A program made the translations under genes and the position numbers. Source: an uncultured Muribaculaceae bacterium (GTDB taxonomy: Bacteria; Bacteroidota; Bacteroidia; Bacteroidales; Muribaculaceae). Taken from it: 64,000 nucleotides of DNA. The stretch is taken from contig CAJTRS010000004.1 of assembly GCA_910578805.1 (NCBI GenBank), positions 16,708 through 80,707 of the forward strand, given 5' to 3'. Under the pieces are notes generated by a model. The model was not told where the DNA came from. It saw only the letters and a list, made by a program, of their open reading frames with translations, and did no database searches. Positions 19,661 through 29,251 of this stretch are shown one piece after another (the stretch's first letter is position 1; each line of letters begins with the position of its first letter).

Positions 19661-21151
19661 ATGGTACCGGCGATCATAGACATAGACAGACTGCTGGATT
19701 TGTTGAAATTTGACCAGTATAATCCGTTGCTGTTCAACACCGGGCTGTTCCTGTGTTTGTTTGCCGGATTTGTACTCATATATCAGTTGCTGCGCCGATT
19801 CCGCAATCTGAAACTGATATTTGTAATACTTTTTTCTCTTTATTTCTATTACAAATCTTCGGCTGAATACTGTTTCATACTGCTCGGTGTGTGCGTTAGC
19901 GACTATCTGCTCGGCATATTGCTCGGGCGGTGTCATCACCGCTGGCAGCGAAGAGGGGTGGTCTGGATCAATGTGCTTGTCAACATAGGCATGTTGGCCT
20001 ATTTCAAGTATTTCAATCTGCTTTATGAGACTGTGGCCAATTTCAGTGCCATAGAGTTTGATCCGCTTGACATAGTGTTGCCGGCCGGCATATCGTTTTT
20101 TACATTCCGTTCCATAAGTTACATCGTTGACATATATCGCGGTCATATAGCTCCGTGCAAGGATTTTTTGGCCTATACTTTTTATCTCACGTTTTTTCCT
20201 CCGCTCCTTGCCGGACCGGTTGTCAGGGCCAAGGATATGTTGCCTCAGGTTCAGGCCGATCCGGTGGTGAGCCGTGCTATGGTAAGCGAAGGCCTGTTTC
20301 TGATTATGTGCGGACTGGTCAAGAAAGTGGTGGTAGCCGATTTTATAAGTGAGAACTTTGTGGACCGTATTTTCGAGAATCCCTCGCTCTACAGCGGGTT
20401 CGAGAATATGATGGGCATGTATGGCTTCTTTATTCAGCTTTACTGCGATTTTTCAGGCTATAGCGATATGGCCATAGGACTTGCACTGCTCCTCGGTTAC
20501 AGATTGCTTGACAACTTCCGATCTCCGTTTAAGTCGCAGAATCCCACCGAATTCTGGCACAGATGGCACATATCGCTTTCATCGTGGCTCAAGGATTATG
20601 TGTATATACCCATGGGGGGTAACCGATGTCCGCGTTGGCGCAAGAATCTCAATCTGATGACTACAATGCTTGTAGGCGGATTGTGGCATGGAGCATCATG
20701 GATGTTTCTTGTATGGGGCGGACTTCAGGGATTGTTTCTTGTAGGACACAAAGGCATAAAAAGTGCCGTGTCCGGACGTGACAATTCCGCTCAGAAAAGT
20801 CGGTGGCGCGTGGCGCTTAATATCTTTATCACATTCAACCTCATTGCCGTCAGCATGGTCTTTTTCCGGGCTTCCTCGATGGAAGCCGTAGGCGATATGT
20901 GGCAGCAGGTTACCGGTAACTTTCATCTGTCAGTGGCACCGCAATTTTTCGAAGGATACCTGATGGTGGTTCTCGCCATGGCCGGAGCTTACTTAATGCA
21001 CTTCGCCCCATCGTCATGGACGTCACGCCTTAAAAACGCATATGGTGCTTCCCCTCTTTTTATACAAGCTGTAATTCTGACCATCATAATCTTTATCATA
21101 ATCCAGACCCGCCAGAGCGACATCATGCCCTTCATCTACTTCCAGTACTAA
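19661..21151 (+). CDS. MBOAT family O-acyltransferase (AlgI/PatA/DltB-like)
   Basis: LPAGISFFTF, FFPPLLAGPVVR, DFSGYSDMAIG, EFWHRWHISLSSW, GLWHGA and FIYFQY. Confidence 0.93.
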   Translation: MVPAIIDIDRLLDLLKFDQYNPLLFNTGLFLCLFAGFVLIYQLLRRFRNLKLIFVILFSLYFYYKSSAEYCFILLGVCVSDYLLGILLGRCHHRWQRRGVVWINVLVNIGMLAYFKYFNLLYETVANFSAIEFDPLDIVLPAGISFFTFRSISYIVDIYRGHIAPCKDFLAYTFYLTFFPPLLAGPVVRAKDMLPQVQADPVVSRAMVSEGLFLIMCGLVKKVVVADFISENFVDRIFENPSLYSGFENMMGMYGFFIQLYCDFSGYSDMAIGLALLLGYRLLDNFRSPFKSQNPTEFWHRWHISLSSWLKDYVYIPMGGNRCPRWRKNLNLMTTMLVGGLWHGASWMFLVWGGLQGLFLVGHKGIKSAVSGRDNSAQKSRWRVALNIFITFNLIAVSMVFFRASSMEAVGDMWQQVTGNFHLSVAPQFFEGYLMVVLAMAGAYLMHFAPSSWTSRLKNAYGASPLFIQAVILTIIIFIIIQTRQSDIMPFIYFQY

Positions 21152-21180
21152 TGTTGTGTTAGGGGAAATTGGCAGGATAA

Positions 21181-21663
21181 TCAAAAAGAAGGTGTCCAGA
21201 GATGTGGAGTGACGGGGGTGGAGTCGGGTATGCTTATGAGGCGTTGGTTGGAGGAACCACGGAACAGGAGGGTGGTGTCGCGCAGTGAATCGATATACGG
21301 GCCATCGACGAGTACTTCCATGAAGGGGAGCAGTGCGCTCATTTTAGGGTCGGCGGCGACTTCGTCGTAGGTATATCCTGTATAGCACCATATGGTTTTT
21401 CCGAGTTGTCTTATTTCCTTGGCAAGTTGTATAAGTTCTTCGATCTGCATCATTGGATCACCACCCGAGAATGTCACGTTGAGGTCATTGGCTTCCACCC
21501 GGTGCAGTATCTCTTCGATGCTCATTTCTTCGCCGGCGTTTATGTCCCATGTGTGGCGGTTGTGGCAACCCGGGCAATGATGTGTGCACCCGGCAAAATA
21601 AATAGAGGTCCGGAACCCCGGACCATCTACTGTGGTACCATCTATAATTTTGATTACGCGCAT
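21181..21663 (-). CDS. nrdG: Anaerobic ribonucleotide reductase activating enzyme
   Basis: VDGPGFR, CTHHCPGC, FSGGDP and FRGSSNQR. Confidence 0.95.
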   Translation of the reverse strand: MRVIKIIDGTTVDGPGFRTSIYFAGCTHHCPGCHNRHTWDINAGEEMSIEEILHRVEANDLNVTFSGGDPMMQIEELIQLAKEIRQLGKTIWCYTGYTYDEVAADPKMSALLPFMEVLVDGPYIDSLRDTTLLFRGSSNQRLISIPDSTPVTPHLWTPSF

Positions 21664-21679
21664 AGCGGTATGAGTAAGT

Positions 21680-23887
21680 TTATTTGTGGACTACGCGATC
21701 ATTGAGCTCGGCGAGCTTGGCATTGTTCCACCGGTCGGTGGTGCCAACGAGGTATCCGGTTATGCGCTGTAGTTTGTCGATGTTGGAGCTTCCGCATTTG
21801 GGACATATCTCCAGTGAATCGGCCGCGTCCTCATATCCGCAGTCCATACAGCGGTTACGGTTGTGGTTTACTGAACAGTAGCCCATATTGTTCTTGTCCA
21901 TCAGATCGACAATGTCGGCTATGGCCTGTGGATTGTGGGTGGCGTCACCGTCAATTTCCACATAAAATATGTGGCCGCCTCCGGTAAGTTCGTGGTATGG
22001 GGCTTCGACTTTGGCCTTGTGGGTAGGGGAGCACCGGTAATATACGGGCACATGGTTGGAGTTGGTGTAGTAGATTTTATCGGTGACGCCTGGGATTACG
22101 CCAAAACTCTTACGATCCTTGGAGGTGAACTTGCCCGACAGACCTTCGGCCGGAGTGGCGAGCACCGAAAAGTTGTGACCGTAGCGCTCCGAAAATTCGT
22201 TGACGCGGCTACGCATGTATGATACGATTTTCAATCCCAATGCCTGCGATTCATCACTCTCGCCGTGATGTTTGCCGGTCAGGGCCACCAGACATTCTGC
22301 CAGTCCTATAAACCCTATGCCGAGAGTGCCTTGATTGATCACGCTTTCTATGGTCTGGTTAGGCTTGAGTATGTCGCTGCCGTTCCACAGTTTTGACATT
22401 AGCAGTGGGAACTGTTTGGCCAATGCGGTTTTCTGGAACTCGTAACGGTCACACAGCTGTCTGGCCGTTATTTCGAGCATTTCATCTAACTTGGTGAAGA
22501 ACCGGCGTATGCGTTCGTCATGATCTTTTATGACCATACACTCTATGGCTATTCTGACTATGTTGATGGTGGAGAAGCTCAGGTTGCCTCGTCCGATAGA
22601 GGTCTTTTCACCATAGCGGTTTTCGAACACACGTGTGCGGCACCCCATTGTTGCCACTTCATATTTATATCTTTCCGGATCGTCGGCGCGCCATTTCTCA
22701 TGCTGGTTGTAAGTGGCGTCAAGATTGACGAAGTTGGGGAAAAAACGTCGGGCAGTGACTTTACATGCGTATTTGTAAAGGTCGTAGTTGCGGTCTTCCG
22801 GCAGGTAACTCACACCGCGTTTCTTTTTCCATATCTGTATGGGAAATATTGCGGTGGCACCGTTGCCCACACCTTCGTAGGTGGATTTAAGCAGTTCGCG
22901 TATCACACATCTGCCTTCGGCAGATGTGTCGGTACCGTAATTGATTGAACTGAACACAACCTGGTTGCCGCCACGGGAATGAATGGTGTTCATGTTGTGT
23001 ATAAAAGCCTCCATGGCCTGATGCACACGGTTTACGGTCTGGTTCATTGCGTGCTGTATCATGCGCTCACGGCCGGTAAGTCCGTCAAGCGGACGCTTGA
23101 TGTAGTCATCAAGTTCTTTGGTGTAATAATCCGAATAATCTTCACCCGAGACTTCCTCCATGTTTTTAAGCTCTTCCACAAATGATGACCTTACAAATGG
23201 AGCCAGATAGAAATCAAAAGCCGGAATGGCCTGTCCGCCGTGCATTTCGTTCTGGGCTGTTTCAAGCGATATGCAACTTATTATGCTTGCAGTCTCGATT
23301 CGTTTTGCCGGCCGCGATTCGCCGTGGCCTGCAGTAAATCCGTGTTGCAATATGCGGTCGAGCGGGTGCTGCACACATGTAAGACTTTTGGTGGGATAAT
23401 AGTCTTTGTCATGAATGTGCAGATAGCCGTTGCGCACTGCTTCGTGCGCCTCTTGCGAGAGCAGGTAGTCGTCAACAAACGGTTTGGTGGTCTCGCTGGC
23501 GAATTTCATCATCATTCCGGCCGGCGAGTCAGTGTTCATATTAGCGTTCTCCCGGGTTATATCATTGTTCTTGGCTTCGATTATTTCCAGAAACATATCG
23601 CGGGTCTTGGCTCGACGGGCTATGCTCCGCTGGTCGCGGTAGGCTATGTAGCGTTTGGCCACCTCTTTACGGGGGCTGTTCATCAGTTCCACCTCAACAC
23701 GGTCCTGGATATCCTCTACAGTCATGCGCTCCTCACCGGTTATACCTATGCGGTCGGCTATCTTCTGGATCAAAGCTTCGTCTTCGCCCATTTCCGTCTG
23801 GAGCATGGCTTTGCGTATAGCGGCTTTGATTTTTTCTTCGTTGTAGCCGACTATGCGGCCATCGCGTTTAATGACGGTATGTATCAT
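21680..23887 (-). CDS. nrdD: Class III anaerobic ribonucleoside-triphosphate reductase
   Basis: N-terminal ATP cone VIKRDG, TMGCRT, zinc site CxxC..CxxC and glycyl-radical loop RITGYL. Confidence 0.97.
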   Translation of the reverse strand: MIHTVIKRDGRIVGYNEEKIKAAIRKAMLQTEMGEDEALIQKIADRIGITGEERMTVEDIQDRVEVELMNSPRKEVAKRYIAYRDQRSIARRAKTRDMFLEIIEAKNNDITRENANMNTDSPAGMMMKFASETTKPFVDDYLLSQEAHEAVRNGYLHIHDKDYYPTKSLTCVQHPLDRILQHGFTAGHGESRPAKRIETASIISCISLETAQNEMHGGQAIPAFDFYLAPFVRSSFVEELKNMEEVSGEDYSDYYTKELDDYIKRPLDGLTGRERMIQHAMNQTVNRVHQAMEAFIHNMNTIHSRGGNQVVFSSINYGTDTSAEGRCVIRELLKSTYEGVGNGATAIFPIQIWKKKRGVSYLPEDRNYDLYKYACKVTARRFFPNFVNLDATYNQHEKWRADDPERYKYEVATMGCRTRVFENRYGEKTSIGRGNLSFSTINIVRIAIECMVIKDHDERIRRFFTKLDEMLEITARQLCDRYEFQKTALAKQFPLLMSKLWNGSDILKPNQTIESVINQGTLGIGFIGLAECLVALTGKHHGESDESQALGLKIVSYMRSRVNEFSERYGHNFSVLATPAEGLSGKFTSKDRKSFGVIPGVTDKIYYTNSNHVPVYYRCSPTHKAKVEAPYHELTGGGHIFYVEIDGDATHNPQAIADIVDLMDKNNMGYCSVNHNRNRCMDCGYEDAADSLEICPKCGSSNIDKLQRITGYLVGTTDRWNNAKLAELNDRVVHK

Positions 23888-23936
23888 GGTGTGTGATGGA
23901 AAATGTTGGGGATTGATGAATGTTGTCTTATGTCGG

Positions 23937-23944
23937 CAAAGCTA
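23937..23944 (-). promoter_or_regulatory. -7 promoter element TAGCTTTG (nrdD)
   Basis: TAnnTTTG match 50 nt upstream of nrdD. Confidence 0.55.
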
Positions 23945-23999
23945 CGAATAAATTATTAAAACAGCTATCTTTTTAAGATAAAAAAATATATGAAATATA

Positions 24000-24081
24000 T
24001 ATTTTGGAAAACTTTTCGCTATGTCTTTTTTGCATAATGCGTTGTATATTAGTGTTTATATGTTTTATTTTGGAAAACTTT
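24000..24081. repeat. 16-bp perfect direct repeat TATTTTGGAAAACTTT, two copies
   Basis: Copies at 24000-24015 and 24066-24081 in the divergent nrdD/menD intergenic region. Confidence 0.8.
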
Positions 24082-24188
24082 GTGGTCAATGATGTTGTGG
24101 TAGTTTGTTTAATTTTGTGATTTGCGGTCTTTTGCTCTGTCCCTGTGGGTATTATTAAATATAAGGTGTTCGATTCAATAAAAATCAT

Positions 24189-24196
24189 TAATTTTG
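24189..24196 (+). promoter_or_regulatory. -7 promoter element TAATTTTG (menDBCE)
   Basis: TAnnTTTG match 20 nt upstream of menD. Confidence 0.55.
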
Positions 24197-24215
24197 TAGT
24201 ACAAAAAAATGCTTT

Positions 24216-25898
24216 ATGCTCGACACTTCAAATCATACAGCCCGCACTTTGGTGGCATTGATGGAAGCCCATGGGGTGAAAAATGCCGTGGTATCCCCCG
24301 GCTCACGCAATGCCCCGCTTTTAGTGGCTGTTTCCAGGAGTGAGACAATACATACGGAGGTGGTTATCGACGAGCGTTCGGCTGCATTCGTGGCGCTCGG
24401 TATCGCCGTGGCTTCTTCAGAACCGGTGGCGCTGATATGCACCTCCGGAACTGCCATGCTCAATTATGCTCCTGCCGTGGCCGAGGCCTACTACAGGCGT
24501 GTGCCTCTGGTGGTGGTTACAGCCGACAGACCGGTGGAATGGATTGATCAGGACGATTCTCAGACCATACGGCAGCCTGATGCTTTATCAAATTATGTAA
24601 AGCGCTCTTATAATATTCCGGCTATAGATGTTAAGCAATACAGATGGTATGCCAACCGCATAATCAACGATGCCATGCTGTGTGCCGTGTCAGGCCGTCC
24701 GGCTCCAGTACATATCAATGTGCAGATCGCAGAGCCTATAGGCGGCCTGGTTGAATTACAGCCCGAAAGCCCGCGTAAGATATCGATATTGAATCCGCGT
24801 ATGGACCTTACGGTTGCAGAGGCCCGAAGCATAGGGCGGTCGTTGTCCTCGCCGTGTCGTGTGATGGTAGTGGCCGGATTCATGCCACCTGACAAAGCGT
24901 TGAATCAGGCGTTGTGCCGTCTGGCCCGTCTGCCTAACTTTGTGGTGCTTACAGAAACCATAGCCAATCTTCATGGACGTGACTTCATCTCGGCCATAGA
25001 TGCAGTGCTTGCCGTAATGCCTGAAGATTGTGACATATATGTGCCCGATGTTGTGATCACAGTGGGGGGGGCATTGGTATCGAGGCATATAAAGAGATTC
25101 CTGCGCAGCCATTCTTCGATCAAACACTGGCATGTGGGCGCTATGGATATTACCATTGACTGTTTCCGGTCGCTTACGGAGCGCATAGAAATGCGTCCGG
25201 AAGTGTTTTTCCGGCAACTGGCATCGGCAATGCAGCCCTATACGACATCTTGTGATTATGCCGATTTATGGCACCGACTTCGGGATAAGGCGCAATCTGT
25301 CCACAGCAGTTATATATCACGTGCTCCATGGAGTGATCTGAAAGCGTTTGCCACGTTTGTACCCTTGATTCCGCGTAGGTGGAATGTGCATTTTTCCAAT
25401 GGAACATCTATAAGGTATGCGCAGTTGCTCGGTGACCATGATTATCACAGGTGTGACTGTAATCGCGGAGTGAGCGGAATCGACGGCTGTACATCTACAG
25501 CCATAGGTGCTTCCATGGTCTATAAAACAGATGTAACACTCCTTGTGACCGGAGATATGAGTGCCCAGTACGATATTGGTGCGTTGGCATGTCGCGGTAT
25601 CACGCCGCGATTCAAGATGATTGTGATGCGTAACGGAGGCGGTGGAATATTCCGGTTTGTGGAATCGACACGTTCCCTTGATATACTCGAAGACTATTTC
25701 TGCGTGCCATCGGCGTTGCCGCTCAGGGAGCTCGCCCAAGGCTACGGATTTGCATATTTCGAGGCTTCCGGCGAATCGGAGCTGCGCAGTGCGTTTGCTG
25801 ATTTTGCCGCTGAAAAATCCTGTCCCGCTATAATGGCCATCGATACTCCGGCCGATGTGTCGGCACAGATACTCCGAGGATATTTTGATATAAAGTAA
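24216..25898 (+). CDS. menD: SEPHCHC synthase
   Basis: SPGSRNAPL, DERSAAF, CTSGTA, TADRP, NRGVSGIDG and GD..NGGGGIF. Confidence 0.96.
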   Translation: MLDTSNHTARTLVALMEAHGVKNAVVSPGSRNAPLLVAVSRSETIHTEVVIDERSAAFVALGIAVASSEPVALICTSGTAMLNYAPAVAEAYYRRVPLVVVTADRPVEWIDQDDSQTIRQPDALSNYVKRSYNIPAIDVKQYRWYANRIINDAMLCAVSGRPAPVHINVQIAEPIGGLVELQPESPRKISILNPRMDLTVAEARSIGRSLSSPCRVMVVAGFMPPDKALNQALCRLARLPNFVVLTETIANLHGRDFISAIDAVLAVMPEDCDIYVPDVVITVGGALVSRHIKRFLRSHSSIKHWHVGAMDITIDCFRSLTERIEMRPEVFFRQLASAMQPYTTSCDYADLWHRLRDKAQSVHSSYISRAPWSDLKAFATFVPLIPRRWNVHFSNGTSIRYAQLLGDHDYHRCDCNRGVSGIDGCTSTAIGASMVYKTDVTLLVTGDMSAQYDIGALACRGITPRFKMIVMRNGGGGIFRFVESTRSLDILEDYFCVPSALPLRELAQGYGFAYFEASGESELRSAFADFAAEKSCPAIMAIDTPADVSAQILRGYFDIK

Positions 25899-25911
25899 AG
25901 AACATTAATAT

Positions 25912-26730
25912 ATGAGAACCTGGACTAAGATTAAGGATTACGAGGACATACTTTTCGAGCAGTGCGGCAAGGTGGCGAAGATCACCATTAACCGCCCTCA
26001 GGTGTATAATGCATTTCGTCCGCAGACCAATGTGGAGATGCTTGATGCCATGGCTTATTGCCGCGAAGCCAATGATATAGGAGTGATTATTCTTACTGGA
26101 ACCGGCGACAAGGCTTTCTGTTCCGGCGGTGATCAGAAAGTAAAGGGGGTAGGCGGATACATTGATGCCAACGGTGTGCCTCGGCTTAATGTGCTTGACC
26201 TCCACAAAGCAATACGCTCCATACCTAAGCCTGTGATAGCAATGGTCAACGGTTATGCTATTGGTGGGGGCCATGTGCTTCATGTGGTCTGTGATCTTAC
26301 AATAGCGTCGGAAAATGCACGTTTCGGTCAGACAGGTCCCAAGGTCGGCAGTTTCGATGCTGGATTCGGATCGTCATATCTGGCTCGATGCGTGGGTCAG
26401 AAGAAAGCTCGTGAAATCTGGTTTCTTTGCCGGCAATATACTGCCCGTGAGGCCGAACAGATGGGTATGGTCAACAAGGTGGTTCCCTTTGACAGGCTTG
26501 AAGATGAAACCATGGAGTGGTGCGATACAATATTGATGCGCAGTCCTATGGCCATACGCATGATCAAGCGTGCTCTGAATGCCGAACTCGACGGTCAGCG
26601 CGGGCTGATGGAATTTGCAGGTGATGCGACCCTTATGTATTATCTTATGGAGGAAGCTCAAGAGGGTAAGAACGCTTTTCTGGAAAAACGCGATCCCGAT
26701 TTTGATAAATTCCCGAAATTTCCCGGTTGA
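25912..26730 (+). CDS. menB: 1,4-dihydroxy-2-naphthoyl-CoA synthase
   Basis: [26 protein letters not shown] and [13 protein letters not shown]. Confidence 0.97.
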   Translation: MRTWTKIKDYEDILFEQCGKVAKITINRPQVYNAFRPQTNVEMLDAMAYCREANDIGVIILTGTGDKAFCSGGDQKVKGVGGYIDANGVPRLNVLDLHKAIRSIPKPVIAMVNGYAIGGGHVLHVVCDLTIASENARFGQTGPKVGSFDAGFGSSYLARCVGQKKAREIWFLCRQYTAREAEQMGMVNKVVPFDRLEDETMEWCDTILMRSPMAIRMIKRALNAELDGQRGLMEFAGDATLMYYLMEEAQEGKNAFLEKRDPDFDKFPKFPG

Positions 26731-26750
26731 TTCATTAGTTTATAACCTAT

Positions 26751-27803
26751 ATGCTGCGAGCAGCTTTCTGCCGATACGATCTTAAGTTCATAACTCCGGC
26801 CATAACCTCGAGGTCGGTGATGAATGACAAACTTACATATTTCATAAAGATTTGGGACGATGATACCCCCGGCATCGAAGGTATAGGGGAGTGCGCTCTG
26901 TTCAAAGGTCTGAGTTGTGACGATCTTCCCGATTATGAGGAGCGTCTGGGGAGGGTATGTAAAAATATATCGACTTTAAATACAGAAGACCTGGAGGACT
27001 ATCCGTCGATACGGTTCGGTGTGGAGACAGCCTTGGCCGATCTGCATAGTGGCGGAAAGATGCGGCCGTTTCCATCACCGTGGAGCGAAGGCCAGGCAGA
27101 GTTGCCTATCAACGGACTTGTGTGGATGGGCACTGCCGAAGAGATGAATCACAGGGTCGATGAAAAGTTGGCCAAAGGATTCCGGTGTGTCAAGATCAAG
27201 ATCGGAGGAATAGATTTCGACAGGGAGCTGGCGATACTTGAACGTATCCGACGGTCATATCCTCCCGCGAAACTTGAGATAAGGCTTGATGCCAACGGCG
27301 CATTTTCAGCGGAAAATGTCATGACAAAGCTTGATCGCCTTTCGTTACTTGACATACATTCGCTGGAGCAACCTGTAAAACCGGGTCAGGCTGATCTGAT
27401 GAGGGAGATATGTGCCGCATCTCCTATACCGATAGCTCTTGACGAGGAACTGATAGGAGTGTCGGGCATGGATAACAAGATCGATCTGTTATCCAAGGAA
27501 AAACCTGCTTATATAATATTGAAGCCATCGTTGTGCGGAGGATTCTCCGGTGCGTGTCAATGGATCGATGCCGCAAAATCATTGGGAATCGGTTGGTGGG
27601 TTACATCGGCTCTCGAATCCAACATAGGTCTAAATGCCATAGCTCAGTGGACTTCCACACTCGGAGTTACCATGCCGCAAGGTCTTGGTACGGGAGCACT
27701 GTATGAAAACAATGTCGATTCTCCTCTGCGTCAGGTGCGTGATGTGATCTTATATGATCCTGTCATAAAATGGAACATACCACGGCTTTCATGGATACTT
27801 TAA
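26751..27803 (+). CDS. menC: o-succinylbenzoate synthase
   Basis: Enolase-superfamily KIKIG, RLDANG, EQP, ALDEE and LKP; located in the men operon. Confidence 0.9.
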   Translation: MLRAAFCRYDLKFITPAITSRSVMNDKLTYFIKIWDDDTPGIEGIGECALFKGLSCDDLPDYEERLGRVCKNISTLNTEDLEDYPSIRFGVETALADLHSGGKMRPFPSPWSEGQAELPINGLVWMGTAEEMNHRVDEKLAKGFRCVKIKIGGIDFDRELAILERIRRSYPPAKLEIRLDANGAFSAENVMTKLDRLSLLDIHSLEQPVKPGQADLMREICAASPIPIALDEELIGVSGMDNKIDLLSKEKPAYIILKPSLCGGFSGACQWIDAAKSLGIGWWVTSALESNIGLNAIAQWTSTLGVTMPQGLGTGALYENNVDSPLRQVRDVILYDPVIKWNIPRLSWIL

Positions 27804-28759
27804 AAATCAACGGTTATATCGATGATTCAGCGTTGTTTGTGTCGGAATGGTCTGATGCGAGTCCTTATATCATTGCCCGCACGTCCGGTTCGACAGGAAC
27901 GCCGAAACCTATACGGCTCTTAAAAAGCGACATGGAAAGTTCGGCCCGAATCACATGTGATTTTTTTGGAATCACATCGTCAAGTCTGTTGCATCTGCCG
28001 CTTTCGCCATCATATATTGCAGGCAAGATGATGATAGTCCGTTCGATCGTTTCGGGGGCTGAACTTATGGTTGAAAAGCCTTCCAACCGTCCGTTGGCAT
28101 CTGGTGTGGAGCGCACGATCGATCTTACTGCCGTAGTGCCGTCACAGATTGACGGTTTGTTGGAATCTCCGTCAGTAAGCCGGATTAATTCCATGATAAT
28201 CGGAGGAGCGGCAATTCCGCAGTCGCTTGAACGCAGACTGTTGGATACGCCTATAGAATGTTATGCCACTTATGGTATGACAGAGACATGCAGCCATGTG
28301 GCGTTGCGTAGATTGGGTACGGATACTTACAGGGCTTTGGGAGATGTCGGTTTTGATATTGACGCCCGCGGTTGTCTCATCATACACACACCACATCTTT
28401 CAGTCGGGTCGGTGTCAACCAATGATGTGGTGGAACTCGTGGATTCAAGATGCTTCAGGTGGAAGGGGCGTTTTGACAACGTAATAAACTCGGGGGGCAT
28501 AAAGATATTCCCGGAGGAGGTGGAACGGGCTCTTGGCCGGATTATAACCGACCGGGAGTATTATATCACTTCGCGCAGTAGCGACAAATGGGGTGAAGAG
28601 TTGGTGCTGGTAATAGAAGGTGAAGGTGATGCCGACAGGCTTGTATCGGAAATGGCGTCAATACTTCCACGCTATCATGTGCCTAAACATGTGGTGTTCT
28701 GTCCACGTCTGCGGCGCACATACTCGGGGAAAATAATCCGTGAGTGTCCCGATAATTAG
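27791..28759 (+). CDS. menE: o-succinylbenzoate--CoA ligase
   Basis: TSGSTGTPK, TYGMTET and GRFDNVINSGGIK. Start at 27770 or 27791. Confidence 0.88.
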   Translation: MDTLKINGYIDDSALFVSEWSDASPYIIARTSGSTGTPKPIRLLKSDMESSARITCDFFGITSSSLLHLPLSPSYIAGKMMIVRSIVSGAELMVEKPSNRPLASGVERTIDLTAVVPSQIDGLLESPSVSRINSMIIGGAAIPQSLERRLLDTPIECYATYGMTETCSHVALRRLGTDTYRALGDVGFDIDARGCLIIHTPHLSVGSVSTNDVVELVDSRCFRWKGRFDNVINSGGIKIFPEEVERALGRIITDREYYITSRSSDKWGEELVLVIEGEGDADRLVSEMASILPRYHVPKHVVFCPRLRRTYSGKIIRECPDN

Positions 28760-29151
28760 CCTATTCCAATAAGTTCAACATCGAATATCAGTGTGGAGCC
28801 ACCCGGAATCCCAGGTTGCGATCTACGGCCATATCCCAGTTCTGCCGGAATATATATTTCCCATCGGTCACCCACATGCATCTGTTGTAGGGCTATCTGC
28901 CAACCCGGAATCAGTTCGCGTAGCCTGATGGCCAATGGTGCGCCTCCCCGGCTCGAATCAAATTTTTTGCCGTTAATGGTTTTTCCTGTATAATGAGCCA
29001 CGACCACACTGTTGCGTGACGGTGCGGGTGTATCTGGACGTCCCTTTGAGAGGGGTTTGTAGTATATGCCTTTGTCAAGTGGTTTTACACCTGATTCTAT
29101 AGCTTTTGCTTTAAGCCATGATATGTTTTTTTCTGCGTAATCTTTATTCAT
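28756..29151 (-). CDS. FKBP-type peptidyl-prolyl isomerase
   Basis: HYTG..I.GKKFDSS, LIPGW, YIPAELGYG and IPGGSTLIFDVEL. Confidence 0.95.
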   Translation of the reverse strand: MNKDYAEKNISWLKAKAIESGVKPLDKGIYYKPLSKGRPDTPAPSRNSVVVAHYTGKTINGKKFDSSRGGAPLAIRLRELIPGWQIALQQMHVGDRWEIYIPAELGYGRRSQPGIPGGSTLIFDVELIGIG

Positions 29152-29192
29152 GATTGTAGTTCTTTTCGGTGTAAAGATAGAAAATAAATATG

Positions 29193-29200
29193 TATATTTG
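29193..29200 (+). promoter_or_regulatory. -7 promoter element TATATTTG (GH2); divergent TATCTTTA at 29172-29179 for the FKBP
   Basis: TAnnTTTG match in the short divergent intergenic region. Confidence 0.5.
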
Positions 29201-29251
29201 TAGTCAGAATAATACTAATAATCAATAATCCAATCAATCTTATTATCTTTG

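Noticed and set aside
23240..23896. 218-aa plus-strand ORF, and similar ones at 42779-43432, 44185-44868, 48375-49016 and 57053-57724
   Set aside because: All lie antisense within well-supported genes (nrdD, thrA, prfC, GH2, valS) and show no domain signal.
23888..24215. CRISPR array, ncRNA or replication origin in the AT-rich nrdD/menD gap
   Set aside because: Only two 16-bp repeats, no cas genes, no stable structure seen and too few DnaA-like boxes to call an origin.
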